From the IMG/VR virus record IMGVR_UViG_2675903278_000002: a stretch of DNA of 64,000 nt. One strand, 5' to 3'. This DNA is from a virus. Taxonomy: Duplodnaviria > Heunggongvirae > Uroviricota > Caudoviricetes. This document shows positions 10,214 through 19,879 of this stretch, piece after piece. Position 1 is the first letter of the stretch. Every line of letters begins with the position of its first letter. Made by a program: the position numbers and the translations under genes. Below the pieces are notes generated by a model, which saw only the letters and a list, made by a program, of their open reading frames with translations, ran no database searches and was not told the origin of the DNA.

Positions 10214-10468
10214 ATGAATCACTTTAAGGAAACTAACATGTCATACCCGACTAATGTCGTTGCGCTCGTAGAGAGCGATTTTCTGGCCCAGGCCCGTGAA
10301 ATGATGAAAGATCGCGAGCAGGCTTTCAACTTGTACGAATGGGCAATTAAGTGCTTGCATCTTGGGGAGCATCGCGAACTTGTTGAACAGCTTTTAGGTG
10401 AGTTGATTAACGAGGTGTTTGCCTTGAATGTTCAACTACATGGTCGAGAAAATAATCAATCGAAATGA
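10214..10468 (+). CDS. hypothetical protein
   Basis: 84 aa ORF; alternative start at internal ATG ~10238 with AAGGAAAC upstream. Confidence 0.55.
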   Translation: MNHFKETNMSYPTNVVALVESDFLAQAREMMKDREQAFNLYEWAIKCLHLGEHRELVEQLLGELINEVFALNVQLHGRENNQSK

Positions 10469-10469
10469 T

Positions 10470-10998
10470 AGATAAGTACAAACTATTCATAAAGTGAATT
10501 GTAAGTGCTAAGATCTGATAGTTTCCAGTCGTAGACTGGAGACTCGACCTGATGGGTGGGGGTAAGCGTCACTGGCGTCAGGTTTAAAAAAGCTCACTAC
10601 CAGCGTAGAACCGGTGCCGTTTAGGTGTCGGGGAAGGGGGAACCAAAGTGAGCGGAGACAAGGGTCACTTTATGATTGTCGAGTCTGGGGTGTTTCGAGA
10701 GGTTGAATCCAGTACTCCCCTTCATAAAGTGTGGGAAGATCTCGGTTCTGGGGTGCTGTCATCCATAACTTCCCAAGTCTAAGCTGGCAGTAGACTTAGG
10801 CCATAACTTTTCAGGTTATGAAACGACCAGGTTGGTGAGGGATTTTTATACTCACCTCCCTGGGAGAGTATTACCTGAAAAGACAACCTCTCACTTCGTT
10901 CGAGGTGAACTTCACTCACTTCGTTCGTTCAGTTCAGGTTTATAAAAACCTGTTCTGGGAAGTAATTTGTTTATTTTAATAATTATTAACACGCACGC
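10470..10998. other. ~0.5 kb non-coding region with multiple hairpins and short direct repeats
   Basis: No ORF >60 aa; complementary segments (GTAGACTGGAGACTCGAC ... GTCGAGTCTGG), TCACTTCGTTCG x2, GC palindrome CACGCACGCGTGTGCGCACGCGCG at the 3' end; no tRNA cloverleaf found. Confidence 0.4.
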
Positions 10999-11052
10999 GT
11001 GTGCGCACGCGCGAGGAAAAAAATCGGCGCGGCGCTTGATTCAGGAGTTTAT

Positions 11053-11646
11053 ATGACGACGAAGACACCAGCCCGATCGCAAGAAAAAACTCGCAAAAAA
11101 GCCAAAAACAAAAATTCTCCCCGCACCAATTCCACAACGCCTGTCGTAGAGTTCAATCCCCAGCTTAAAACCGTGAAAATCTTCAGTGATGGCTCTTGCC
11201 TTAAAAATCCGGGTGGCCCGGGCGGTTACGGTATAGTTCTCCAGTATCGTGGTGAGGAACGCGAGTTCTCAGATGGTTTTCATAGCACCACCAATAACCG
11301 CATGGAGATGATGGGGGCACTTATCGGGCTGGAGCGTTTGAAATATCCATGCAACGTTATTTTGCACTCTGATAGCCAGTATCTGAAAAACGGCATGACA
11401 CAGTGGATGAAATGGTGGAAACGCAATGGATGGGTGACTTCTGACAAAAAACCGGTAAAGAATGTTGATCTGTGGAAGCGTCTGGATGAGGCTGCAAGTC
11501 GACATAATGTTCGCTGGAAGTGGGTTAAAGGTCACGCCGGGCATCGTGAAAATGAAATATGTGATCGACTCGCGAAGATCGCAGCTTTTTCCGCAGCAGA
11601 TATGCCTCACAAGAAAGATATTGGTTTTGTTTACAACAAGCAGTAA
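11053..11646 (+). CDS. rnhA: ribonuclease HI
   Basis: [51 protein letters not shown] match RNase HI catalytic regions; basic N-terminal extension; in frame with track ORF 10999. Confidence 0.9.
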   Translation: MTTKTPARSQEKTRKKAKNKNSPRTNSTTPVVEFNPQLKTVKIFSDGSCLKNPGGPGGYGIVLQYRGEEREFSDGFHSTTNNRMEMMGALIGLERLKYPCNVILHSDSQYLKNGMTQWMKWWKRNGWVTSDKKPVKNVDLWKRLDEAASRHNVRWKWVKGHAGHRENEICDRLAKIAAFSAADMPHKKDIGFVYNKQ

Positions 11647-11791
11647 GTAAGTGTTTACCTATCATTTTAAATCATGTATCTTATCAGCGTCAGGATGACA
11701 ATGTGTCGGTAAGACACAGTTCCAGGATGGAACGAGAAAGGCGGCTGGCAATCGCCAGCCGCAACTCTTTCTGACACTGGATGGAGTCCAC

Positions 11792-12286
11792 ATGGCACGT
11801 CAAACCTATTTCACTTCTGCAACTAAACGTCCTCGTTCACTACGTCAAATTTTGGCCGAATTATTTAGCGGTCGTGTTCTGTCACGTCTTGATGAACTAG
11901 AGACTGCCGTTCGGTTGCTGAATGAACGTTTAGATAAGCAAGCGTCAGTTGTTGCGAACGTGGGGGCGATTGTTACCTCTGGTTCTTCACGCGAAGCGAA
12001 AAGTACACGGCCTTTAGTGAAGGAGAAAAACAACAAGGACAGTTCGAATGGAAAATTTTCAAAGAAAGAGGCTGAAACCAATGGCCTACGTTCTCATTAT
12101 AGTTTCACTGGCGACGATAGCCGTTCCAGCCGGCCAGAGCCTTTTGATGCCGGGTTCATCCATCACCACACCTCCGTCGACGACAATTACCACCACTCCA
12201 GTAGAGCGTCCTGTCACTCTGGATGGGATGACGGTGGATGCGATACCTCAAGTTCATCCAGTTACTCAGGATCATGCTGTGACTAA
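11792..12286 (+). CDS. hypothetical protein (Ser/Asp-rich C-terminus)
   Basis: 164 aa ORF; no recognisable domain. Confidence 0.6.
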   Translation: MARQTYFTSATKRPRSLRQILAELFSGRVLSRLDELETAVRLLNERLDKQASVVANVGAIVTSGSSREAKSTRPLVKEKNNKDSSNGKFSKKEAETNGLRSHYSFTGDDSRSSRPEPFDAGFIHHHTSVDDNYHHSSRASCHSGWDDGGCDTSSSSSYSGSCCD

Positions 12287-12295
12287 GGCGGTTGT

Positions 12296-12484
12296 ATGAA
12301 CTGGTTTTCAAATCACTTTGGAAAAATTTGGCTGGCAATTCTTGCCCTCATGGCCGCCGGTTGGGTATCGAACATTATAAAACTTGTTTGCTCTGGCGAT
12401 CTCCAGTTTCAGGCTGGTATGACCTTGGCTCGTGTTGTTGGGATTTTTGTTTTTCCAGTTGGTTCGGTACTTGGTTATTTCTGA
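12296..12484 (+). CDS. small hydrophobic protein, putative membrane protein
   Basis: 62 aa; two hydrophobic stretches (LAILALMAAGWV, VVGIFVFPVGSVLGYF). Confidence 0.45.
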   Translation: MNWFSNHFGKIWLAILALMAAGWVSNIIKLVCSGDLQFQAGMTLARVVGIFVFPVGSVLGYF

Positions 12485-12538
12485 CGGCTGTTAGTGCATA
12501 TGCATTGACCATCTCTGCGTAAGCAATTTATGTAATTA

Positions 12539-12554
12539 GAAAACAACTTGTTTT
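12539..12554 (+). promoter_or_regulatory. class-A palindromic promoter/operator-like motif (GAAAACAAnnTGTTT)
   Basis: GAAAACAACTTGTTTT ~25 nt upstream of RBS GGAAAACACATG of the TerB-like gene; recurs before many small genes. Confidence 0.6.
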
Positions 12555-12577
12555 GACAAATAATAAAAGGAAAACAC

Positions 12578-13003
12578 ATGTTAGGTTTCTTCAAAAAGAA
12601 AACTCGTAAAGCTGTTATCGAAGTCAAAAAAATGGAGAACCGTGATGCGGTTGAGGCCACCGTGTGGGGCGCGTACATGATCTCCTATGCCGACGGCACA
12701 TGTGACGCAAAAGAAATTGCCATTCTTGAGAAGACAATTGCAGCTCTGCCTGCGTTTTCTCCGTTTGCTGGTGAAATTGCCCAAATGAGCGCCAATATCC
12801 GTGCTCGTTACGAAGCGTCCCCTCGTTCTGCTAATGCACAGGCTATTCGTGAGCTGTCTGATATTGCGGGTACTCCAGAGGCGGTCGATGTTCTGTGTCT
12901 GTGCCTTGATATTGCCGACCAAGACGGTATTGGCGAACAAGAAGAGCTGGCCCTGAAAAAGATCGCACAGGCGCTTCAGTTGTCACTGGATGCTTATCTC
13001 TAA
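12578..13003 (+). CDS. TerB-like (tellurite-resistance TerB domain) protein
   Basis: 141 aa; two helical halves each with acidic DG...EE pattern (ISYADGTCDAKEIAILE; DIADQDGIGEQEELALKKIA) resembling TerB; motif-level only. Confidence 0.6.
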   Translation: MLGFFKKKTRKAVIEVKKMENRDAVEATVWGAYMISYADGTCDAKEIAILEKTIAALPAFSPFAGEIAQMSANIRARYEASPRSANAQAIRELSDIAGTPEAVDVLCLCLDIADQDGIGEQEELALKKIAQALQLSLDAYL

Positions 13004-13161
13004 TGCTTGAGAGATTCCGGCTTGTGACCGTCATTGCTCTTCTGGTGATGGCGGTGTTGGTGGATTTTACGGGAAAGATGATGTCTGTCATTTCTGATGG
13101 CGTCCTCATTGGTCTGGCGATCTACTTCGCTTATCCGCTAGTCCGTAAAGCAACGTGTTAA
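13003..13161 (+). CDS. small hydrophobic protein (52 aa)
   Basis: ATG overlaps stop of the TerB-like gene (TAATG); predicted product MLERFRLVTVIALLVMAVLV..., below track cutoff; terminator follows. Confidence 0.4.
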   Translation: MLERFRLVTVIALLVMAVLVDFTGKMMSVISDGVLIGLAIYFAYPLVRKATC

Positions 13162-13163
13162 TG

Positions 13164-13191
13164 ACAAGGGCCAAATGGCCCTTGTGTTTCG
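13164..13191 (+). terminator. rho-independent terminator
   Basis: ACAAGGGCC-AAAT-GGCCCTTGT hairpin followed by GTTTCG. Confidence 0.65.
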
Positions 13192-13267
13192 TTGACCGAA
13201 ATAGAGAGTTTGCACCTTTACGTTTAGCTTGCTCCCCTTTTATGCCACATCACAATAAAGCCAATAA

Positions 13268-13283
13268 GAAAACAACTTGTTTA
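13268..13283 (+). promoter_or_regulatory. class-A palindromic motif
   Basis: GAAAACAACTTGTTTA, then RBS GGAAAAACACATG of gene at 13301. Confidence 0.6.
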
Positions 13284-13300
13284 AGCATTAGGAAAAACAC

Positions 13301-13870
13301 ATGTGCAAGAAATGCAAAGCGATAGCTGATGAACAAAACGCCTTATTCGAAGAAATGGATGCTAATGAACTGGTCAAAATGTTAGCCATTCTTCGAGGAA
13401 TAGAAGACGTTTCCATATTTGAGAGAGTGGTTACAGCACTTAATTTTGAGTCCACCTTTGAAGAGCCAACTCAGGTTGTAGCTTTAGCACATCATTTCGG
13501 TGTTCATTATCTTGCTGAAAAAGAGCGCGCTGATAAGTTGCAGGCGACTTTGGATATGGTGAGCGAGACTCAACGAACTGATGACACTAACAAGAGTGAG
13601 GCGATTATTGCCAGCAAAGATCGTGAAATTGCTGGGCTTAAATCCTCTCTAACGATGTTGATGTCTGCGTTCAATCTTATGTCTTCTCAGGCGGGTTATA
13701 AAATGCCATCACTAAACAGCGATGATCCGATGGCCGTTCGTCAGCTTTTGGGAGCAATGGCCGACCAACTCGACGACACAAAGAGTCGGCTTGAAGACAT
13801 GATGCGTGAGTTAAGCCATCGACATAACCTCGCAACACAGCCACACAAAGCCTTTCAAAGCTCTAATTGA
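13301..13870 (+). CDS. hypothetical protein
   Basis: 189 aa ORF with conserved upstream motif and RBS; helical, no enzymatic motif. Confidence 0.65.
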   Translation: MCKKCKAIADEQNALFEEMDANELVKMLAILRGIEDVSIFERVVTALNFESTFEEPTQVVALAHHFGVHYLAEKERADKLQATLDMVSETQRTDDTNKSEAIIASKDREIAGLKSSLTMLMSAFNLMSSQAGYKMPSLNSDDPMAVRQLLGAMADQLDDTKSRLEDMMRELSHRHNLATQPHKAFQSSN

Positions 13871-13925
13871 TCTGATATGGCCGCATGATCGGCCATATTG
13901 TGTTGATAAAAAACAAGGATGAAAA

Positions 13926-14207
13926 ATGGCATACGGTACAGGGATTTACAACAATAAAGGAATTAACGTTACTGGCTTCCTTACTCCTATTTTTTTTCTT
14001 GATCGATTTACTGCGTCATCAGGCTCTAAGACGTACTCCAATCCGCCACCGGGTAAATCGCTACATGCCGTGTGGTCATTGATGCCTCTTAACAACGACA
14101 ACTACATTAATTTACCTGTTCCAACAGTTACTATTAATGGAAATACGGTTAGTTGGTCAAATTTATATACGGGGCTTGGTTCTTACATATACACATACTG
14201 GGGATAA
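13926..14207 (+). CDS. hypothetical protein
   Basis: 93 aa ORF; tightly followed by next ORF. Confidence 0.45.
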   Translation: MAYGTGIYNNKGINVTGFLTPIFFLDRFTASSGSKTYSNPPPGKSLHAVWSLMPLNNDNYINLPVPTVTINGNTVSWSNLYTGLGSYIYTYWG

Positions 14208-14209
14208 TT

Positions 14210-14824
14210 ATGTTCGGGATGTCAATTACTCAATCAGATGGAAGTTTGTGGATGAGTCCAGAATTTACTCCGCAAAATCTGATTAATAAAGGGACAATGT
14301 CTACATCTAAAGGTTCTGTTTTTCAAACATCAATCCCATCAAACAAATCATGCTTTTTCTTCATAAAAAGCAGTAATAAGGCGAACATGATGTTTATTCA
14401 TGAGCATAGTAACGGATACAATGCTCTCAGATTGCATCAGGTAAATGGTAGCCCCGGAACAATAACAGTTTATGCTTTTTCTGATATGGTGTTACCACAT
14501 TCTGGCTATGGCATTGCCATGTATAACAGCGCAGGCGCAATGGTGTATCACGGTGAGATGATGCCCCTTGATGCGAAACTTATCACTATTTCTGACCCTC
14601 AATTTACAATAGATATGGGGTATCCATGTGCGGTAATGCCTGCTATGGTTGGGGTATATAACTATAGACGAACCGATTACGACAGACCTGTCTATGTAAC
14701 AATGACAGGTGCAACTGGAAACCAAGTATATAACGGTCAATGGTATTCCGGTAATGTCACATGGGATATTAAGAAGATTTATACAAACAAAATTCTGGTG
14801 ATAAATACCTCCAAGTATGATTAG
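14210..14824 (+). CDS. hypothetical protein
   Basis: ATG 2 nt after previous stop, in frame with track ORF 14153..14824; ~204 aa. Confidence 0.5.
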   Translation: MFGMSITQSDGSLWMSPEFTPQNLINKGTMSTSKGSVFQTSIPSNKSCFFFIKSSNKANMMFIHEHSNGYNALRLHQVNGSPGTITVYAFSDMVLPHSGYGIAMYNSAGAMVYHGEMMPLDAKLITISDPQFTIDMGYPCAVMPAMVGVYNYRRTDYDRPVYVTMTGATGNQVYNGQWYSGNVTWDIKKIYTNKILVINTSKYD

Positions 14825-14927
14825 CCAATGCCTTTATTTGAAGGATTGCCTGTTTATTTCTATTTAGTACCTTTTCATTTTTGAAATAATTGCACCATTA
14901 AACAAATCACTTCTTAATGGTGCAATT

Positions 14928-16613
14928 ATGAATACAGCCCTTTCCATCATCGACGATGCCAACTCAAACACTGCTATCGACTATCGGCAGGAAATGAACG
15001 TCATCCACGAAATTGTGGCCGAGTGCGAGAAAGAGATCGCCTTCATGTATCAGGTACACGACTTCGTTTATGGCGACGAACGCCACAACATGATTAATCG
15101 CCTGCTGAGACTAAACCATCGACCAGATGAAGATCGCTCGCGTTTAAATCGAGGTTGGTTGGATAAAGTCGATCTGGAATGGGTGAAACAGAATATTTGG
15201 GCCGAGTACTGGAGGAAGGTCACGGACATGACTAACGTTTTGCTGATCATGCCAGCTTCCCGTCGAGATGAGTGGCGCGAGCAGTTTATAGAGGGCAAAC
15301 AGGAAGTCATCAAAACTGACAGAACCGGCTACCAGATGAAGGTTAAAGAGTTCGTTGGTGTACCGGAGTTCAAAGCAGAAACGGTCATACCCACGATGCT
15401 TAATTTGCTGAATGACAGGCACAAATATCTCTCTGAGCGCGTGTATGGCTTGTTTAAGGCGCTGAGTCCTGCGCACAAGACAAATAAGACAAACGGTTTC
15501 AGCGAACGTCTGATAATCGCTGACTGCATTTCTGATTTCTGGCGGGACAGCGTTAGTGTGAACTATCGCAAAGAGGACTATATCGACGATCTGCGTGTCT
15601 TGCTTCATTTCTTCGCGCACAAAGAATTTATTACCATCAACCGCACTGCTGAGGTGCTATCAGCTGCGTATCGGGCAAACGACTGCCAGACCGGTGACTG
15701 GATGAACGTCGATGGAAATCTAATGCGCGTGAAGATGTTCAAGAACGGCAACGTTCACTTTGAAATACATCCTGACGTGGCCTGGAAGTTGAATGAGGTG
15801 CTGGCTTACAGTATGCCTGCTGCAATCCCCGCGCCATGTCGCACCGCGCCAAAAACACGGGCACCAAAGCAGTTCGGGTTAATCCAGAAGACGATCTCCG
15901 TGCCGGTTCGCACTGCGCTTCGTGACGGGCGATTAAGCAAAGACAAAGGCGTATGGTACTTCTCTGATTCAGCTCTCCAGAAGTCGCAGGTGGAAGAGCT
16001 TGAGCGCACACTGAGCTTCATTGGCGGCGTGCAGGAGAAAAAGCACTGGCAGTTCCCGTATGAGATCGGCCATACGCTAAATACGATTGTGGCTACCGGA
16101 TTAATACCGGATACAAAATCACACCAGTTCTACCCTACCCCACGCTTGATTGCTGAGTACGTTGCCAGAGCCACTGAATTGAAGTCTGGTGAGAAGCTGC
16201 TGGAGCCTCAAGCCGGACGTGGGGATCTTCTGGCCTATATCAACGCCGATCTGGAAGATGTTACCTGCATAGAAATCGCACCTCTCTTCGCTGATATCCT
16301 GCGCGGAAAAGGGTATACGAACACGATTTGCTGCGACTTCATAAAGTGGTCTGAGGACAACGTAGGTTATCAGTTCGACAAAATCGTTATGAACCCGCCG
16401 TACTCGCTTGGTCGTCATAGAGAGCACACGCTGGCTGCGCTGGGGCATCTGAAAGTCGGCGGGCGTCTTGTAGCAGTATTGCCGGGCACTGCGCCAATAC
16501 TGGACTGGATGACGATGGATAATTACGTTTATGCCAGAGGGAAGTCGTTTACCAACGAGTTTGAAGACACAGGGATCACAGTCAGCGTATACGTTTTCAA
16601 ACGCGTTAAATGA
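14928..16613 (+). CDS. putative DNA methyltransferase with large N-terminal domain of unknown function
   Basis: 561 aa; C-terminal third has SAM-binding-like LEPQAGRGDL and catalytic IVMNPPYS; first ~330 aa unrecognised. Confidence 0.75.
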   Translation: MNTALSIIDDANSNTAIDYRQEMNVIHEIVAECEKEIAFMYQVHDFVYGDERHNMINRLLRLNHRPDEDRSRLNRGWLDKVDLEWVKQNIWAEYWRKVTDMTNVLLIMPASRRDEWREQFIEGKQEVIKTDRTGYQMKVKEFVGVPEFKAETVIPTMLNLLNDRHKYLSERVYGLFKALSPAHKTNKTNGFSERLIIADCISDFWRDSVSVNYRKEDYIDDLRVLLHFFAHKEFITINRTAEVLSAAYRANDCQTGDWMNVDGNLMRVKMFKNGNVHFEIHPDVAWKLNEVLAYSMPAAIPAPCRTAPKTRAPKQFGLIQKTISVPVRTALRDGRLSKDKGVWYFSDSALQKSQVEELERTLSFIGGVQEKKHWQFPYEIGHTLNTIVATGLIPDTKSHQFYPTPRLIAEYVARATELKSGEKLLEPQAGRGDLLAYINADLEDVTCIEIAPLFADILRGKGYTNTICCDFIKWSEDNVGYQFDKIVMNPPYSLGRHREHTLAALGHLKVGGRLVAVLPGTAPILDWMTMDNYVYARGKSFTNEFEDTGITVSVYVFKRVK

Positions 16614-16633
16614 TAGGTAAATACTTACCTAAT
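16613..16633. repeat. class-B palindrome
   Basis: ATAGGTAAATACTTACCTAAT, near-perfect palindrome directly after the methyltransferase stop. Confidence 0.6.
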
Positions 16634-16674
16634 TTGTGTAAGAATGTAGTTACTAAACGATAAGAGAAAAACAC

Positions 16675-17379
16675 ATGAACAACCTCCAGTTAGAGCATTT
16701 TAACGTCACAGGCCATTCTGATTTTCCTTTCAAGTTTACATTGAAAGGTTATGCAGAGGATGCGGTAGGCCAGATCATTATTGATAAAGGCATCGTTAAG
16801 TTTGAGGGGGATTTTGATGAATCCGCGAAAACATTCATAGACTTCGTTGCCAAACGTTGGAGCGAGCAATGGAAAAACCTGGAAAAGCGCGCCAATGAGT
16901 TTGATCGGTTCATGGATGCAATGGATACAGCAAAAGAGGCTCTTGATGCCGGGACTCCGTTAGATCTGGAGTCACTTTTCAACGGCGAAGTGGCCTCTGC
17001 GATGTTCGCCACCATGTTCGCGGGTGAGTTCGTCCGCAGCGGTGCCAAAAACTACCTTGAGCTGGATTACAACGTCCCTGCAATTGGCGATTTCGTCGTT
17101 ACCATCCAACGCAAAGAAGGTAAGACGCCAGGTGAACGCGTCGCAGAACTTGAGGCTGTTGTGGATCAGCGTAACGGAGAGTGTGACCGTTTGATCAACG
17201 AGCTTCATGCACTTCGGGAAGAAAGAATATGCGCGGGTAGCAATACACGTAATGCAGCGGATATCTACTTCCAGTTAGTTGAGGAATGCCAGATTCCACC
17301 AGGCGGCTCTCTTGTCGATTACGTCAGACATTTAATGACGGAAGTTAACTCCAGCCATAAAGATGGTGAGGTGCGCTGA
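16675..17379 (+). CDS. hypothetical protein
   Basis: 234 aa ORF with RBS GAGAAAAACACATG. Confidence 0.65.
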   Translation: MNNLQLEHFNVTGHSDFPFKFTLKGYAEDAVGQIIIDKGIVKFEGDFDESAKTFIDFVAKRWSEQWKNLEKRANEFDRFMDAMDTAKEALDAGTPLDLESLFNGEVASAMFATMFAGEFVRSGAKNYLELDYNVPAIGDFVVTIQRKEGKTPGERVAELEAVVDQRNGECDRLINELHALREERICAGSNTRNAADIYFQLVEECQIPPGGSLVDYVRHLMTEVNSSHKDGEVR

Positions 17380-17759
17380 TGTTTGGCATTGACGCACAGC
17401 GTATAGCCGCTTTTGCAAAAAGCCCTCTTGATAATCCCTTGTCTCGTAGTGAGCAAATGGAGCTGGCAAGGCTTTTTCTTCACATTCAAAAACAGGCAGA
17501 CGTTTTCAATAACATGCCTGATCAACCTATTCTGGATGGTCACATCCAGATGGTCATTAACAGTCATGAGAAAGGCTGGGCTGCAATCGTCCCCTGCACA
17601 ATTACATACAAGTTGGCGAAAGAGGTTCAAGAGTTTCGAAAAGTCAGCGTCGAATCAGAGTCTACCAAAGCCGCAATAAACACTCTTATTCGCATGGGGT
17701 TCACATGGGACGGTGGAGCTTACTGGCAAGCGCCTCAACCCATTTTATACGGCAATTAG
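17379..17759 (+). CDS. hypothetical protein
   Basis: 126 aa; start overlaps previous stop (TGATG). Confidence 0.6.
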   Translation: MFGIDAQRIAAFAKSPLDNPLSRSEQMELARLFLHIQKQADVFNNMPDQPILDGHIQMVINSHEKGWAAIVPCTITYKLAKEVQEFRKVSVESESTKAAINTLIRMGFTWDGGAYWQAPQPILYGN

Positions 17760-17897
17760 GCGCTACAAATCCTTCTGCATGAATAAATAAAGGCCATAAC
17801 TTATGGCCTTAAATAAATTGTTTTCTACATTTTCTTATTTGTGAAAATAAACCAGCACTTGGTAGTGCTTATGTAACAGCAAAGAAGAGAAAAACAC

Positions 17898-18353
17898 ATG
17901 AGTAACAAAATCGAAAATCCCGTAGTTCTCATTCACAAGCGCGAGAACCACGACTCCTATGCGGTGGCGATCACCAATGGGAGTCACGATTTTTACGATG
18001 GCCTGCTAATGGCCTCAGTGTCGCCTGATGAGGCAGACAACTCTTTTGCCGTCTTCGCTATGGTTGGTTACTACATGGCTGCTGAAATTGAGAAGTTGCG
18101 GGCGCAGAGAGACGCATTAGCGGCGGAGAATGCAGCCCTGAAAGAATCTGAGCGAGCATTCGATGCGATGTGTGCCGAGGAACACGGAGATAATTGGGTT
18201 AGCGAATTAACGGAGACTCCAGCCACCGATGCTTTTCTGGCTGAAGTACGTGCGCAGGGCGTGGAGATGTTTGCTGAGTGCGCATACACACTTGAACATC
18301 ATGATCACGCAGTAGCTTTTGCCGCTGAGCTTCGTACAGGAAATAAACAGTGA
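17898..18353 (+). CDS. hypothetical protein
   Basis: 151 aa; RBS GAGAAAAACACATG. Confidence 0.65.
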   Translation: MSNKIENPVVLIHKRENHDSYAVAITNGSHDFYDGLLMASVSPDEADNSFAVFAMVGYYMAAEIEKLRAQRDALAAENAALKESERAFDAMCAEEHGDNWVSELTETPATDAFLAEVRAQGVEMFAECAYTLEHHDHAVAFAAELRTGNKQ

Positions 18354-18916
18354 ATGAGATTTACTACCTGACGTTACGTGAACGTTATTCACCAAAACCA
18401 GCGCCTAAATGCTCTGTTTGTGGCGAGGAAATGTCAATACAGCGCATATCTGGAGCACATGTTGTTTATGCCTGTTCCGGTGAGAGTGATGACGGATATT
18501 TTAAGATAGGGCGTACTTTTGCAGATGAACATTATGAAAAATCACGCGTAACAGTAGTTGATGATAGTGATCCCGATGTGATTGCACTGCTGGACGAACT
18601 GGATAAAAGACAGCAACACATCCGACGTCTTGAGCAGGAGAACGTAGAGATGGCCCTAACGCTTGAGAAACTGCGTGTTGAGCTGGAGACCGTTAAACAG
18701 CGGGAAAAGGATCTGTTTATGGAAAATGTTCGACTTAAGTCAGGTATAGCAGGTCTGATACACCTCGGTATTCGATATGCGAATGTCGAAGTCATGAAAA
18801 TAGCTGGAGATGCCCAGCTTTCTACTCCCTGTACTGACAGCATCATAAACAGTATTGCATCAGGCGTTTTCACCAAAGAGGGTCAGCATTATGAGAACAG
18901 TAGAAGTTCGCGCTGA
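18350..18916 (+). CDS. hypothetical protein (Cys pairs, coiled-coil segment)
   Basis: 188 aa; CSVCGEEM ... YACSG suggests small zinc-ribbon; overlaps previous stop. Confidence 0.6.
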   Translation: MNEIYYLTLRERYSPKPAPKCSVCGEEMSIQRISGAHVVYACSGESDDGYFKIGRTFADEHYEKSRVTVVDDSDPDVIALLDELDKRQQHIRRLEQENVEMALTLEKLRVELETVKQREKDLFMENVRLKSGIAGLIHLGIRYANVEVMKIAGDAQLSTPCTDSIINSIASGVFTKEGQHYENSRSSR

Positions 18917-19076
18917 AGATGTAACCCCAGGTGATGTGGTCATAACATCTAAAGGCAAACGATGTGCGGTTAAATCTTTCTGGATGGAAGGTGACAAAGT
19001 GACTCTGTTCGGTACGGATGGTTCCGAAACGGATTATGACTACGACGAATTGCTTGTTGTTGAGAGAGCTGCCTAA
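18891..19076 (+). CDS. hypothetical small protein
   Basis: Internal ATG of track ORF 18855..19076 with AGAGGG RBS; ~61 aa. Confidence 0.45.
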   Translation: MRTVEVRAEDVTPGDVVITSKGKRCAVKSFWMEGDKVTLFGTDGSETDYDYDELLVVERAA

Positions 19077-19834
19077 TGACCACCTTAACCAAAGAACAGT
19101 TAATCTCCCATGCACGCGAAAGCGTTAGTTATCTGGAAGACTTGAAAGGACGTGTTAGTAAAGAAGGTGCGGACTGCAAAGTTGTTATTGAGATGGTTGC
19201 ACGAGATCTAAAACTGGCACGAATTGCACTGGCCTCGCTTGAGGCAAAACCAATAGGTGCATTCCACATTGCAGAACAGCAAGTTGACGGCACAAGTGAC
19301 TACCTCAAGGATGGAGAATGGCCTATTGATAATGGGACAATTGAAGTATACGCCGCCCCTCCAGTGCCAGTAGTACCGGAAGAAAAACCAATGCCTAACG
19401 CTCTAAGCATGCTTGAAAGAGAGATCACACAACTGATTGGTGATGCGCAGGAAGCCACTGTTACTGGCTATGAGTTAATCGCTGAAGCTTGGCGTTTGAT
19501 GGATGGACAAGACCCTAAAACCAGCGATTGGCATAGCAAGGCTTCGAAGTATTTAAATTCCAATATTGTAGAAAAAGTTGATGATGACCGTATTGAGGCT
19601 GTTAAGGCCGTTTTGCGTAGACTGGCTGGCAACCATCCGGATTTTCCGGATAGTTCCCAACAATCGCCCAAGAAAAGCGTAAAAACCACTCTGGAAAGAG
19701 GCTATCTTGAGGCCGCATTAAAGATTAAGCCGGGCCATACGCTAGGCGTCATTGATGCCATGTTGGTTCATGAAATGGCGAAGGCTTTATTGCCGCTGGT
19801 GGCTGATAAAATTCCGAATAAGGCCGATATCTGA
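19076..19834 (+). CDS. hypothetical protein
   Basis: 252 aa; start overlaps previous stop; strong hairpin terminator follows. Confidence 0.65.
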   Translation: MTTLTKEQLISHARESVSYLEDLKGRVSKEGADCKVVIEMVARDLKLARIALASLEAKPIGAFHIAEQQVDGTSDYLKDGEWPIDNGTIEVYAAPPVPVVPEEKPMPNALSMLEREITQLIGDAQEATVTGYELIAEAWRLMDGQDPKTSDWHSKASKYLNSNIVEKVDDDRIEAVKAVLRRLAGNHPDFPDSSQQSPKKSVKTTLERGYLEAALKIKPGHTLGVIDAMLVHEMAKALLPLVADKIPNKADI

Positions 19835-19844
19835 TCACCATGCT

Positions 19845-19876
19845 AAAATCCCCTCAATTCACAGAGGGGATTTTTG
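19845..19876 (+). terminator. rho-independent terminator
   Basis: AAAATCCCCTC ... GAGGGGATTTTT hairpin plus T tract; closes the left + strand gene block. Confidence 0.8.
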
Positions 19877-19879
19877 TAT

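Noticed and set aside
10470-10998. tRNA genes in the structured non-coding region
   Set aside because: No segment gives a cloverleaf with a canonical T-loop and 7-bp acceptor stem; GGTTGAATCC lacks flanking complementarity. Needs tRNAscan-SE to be certain.
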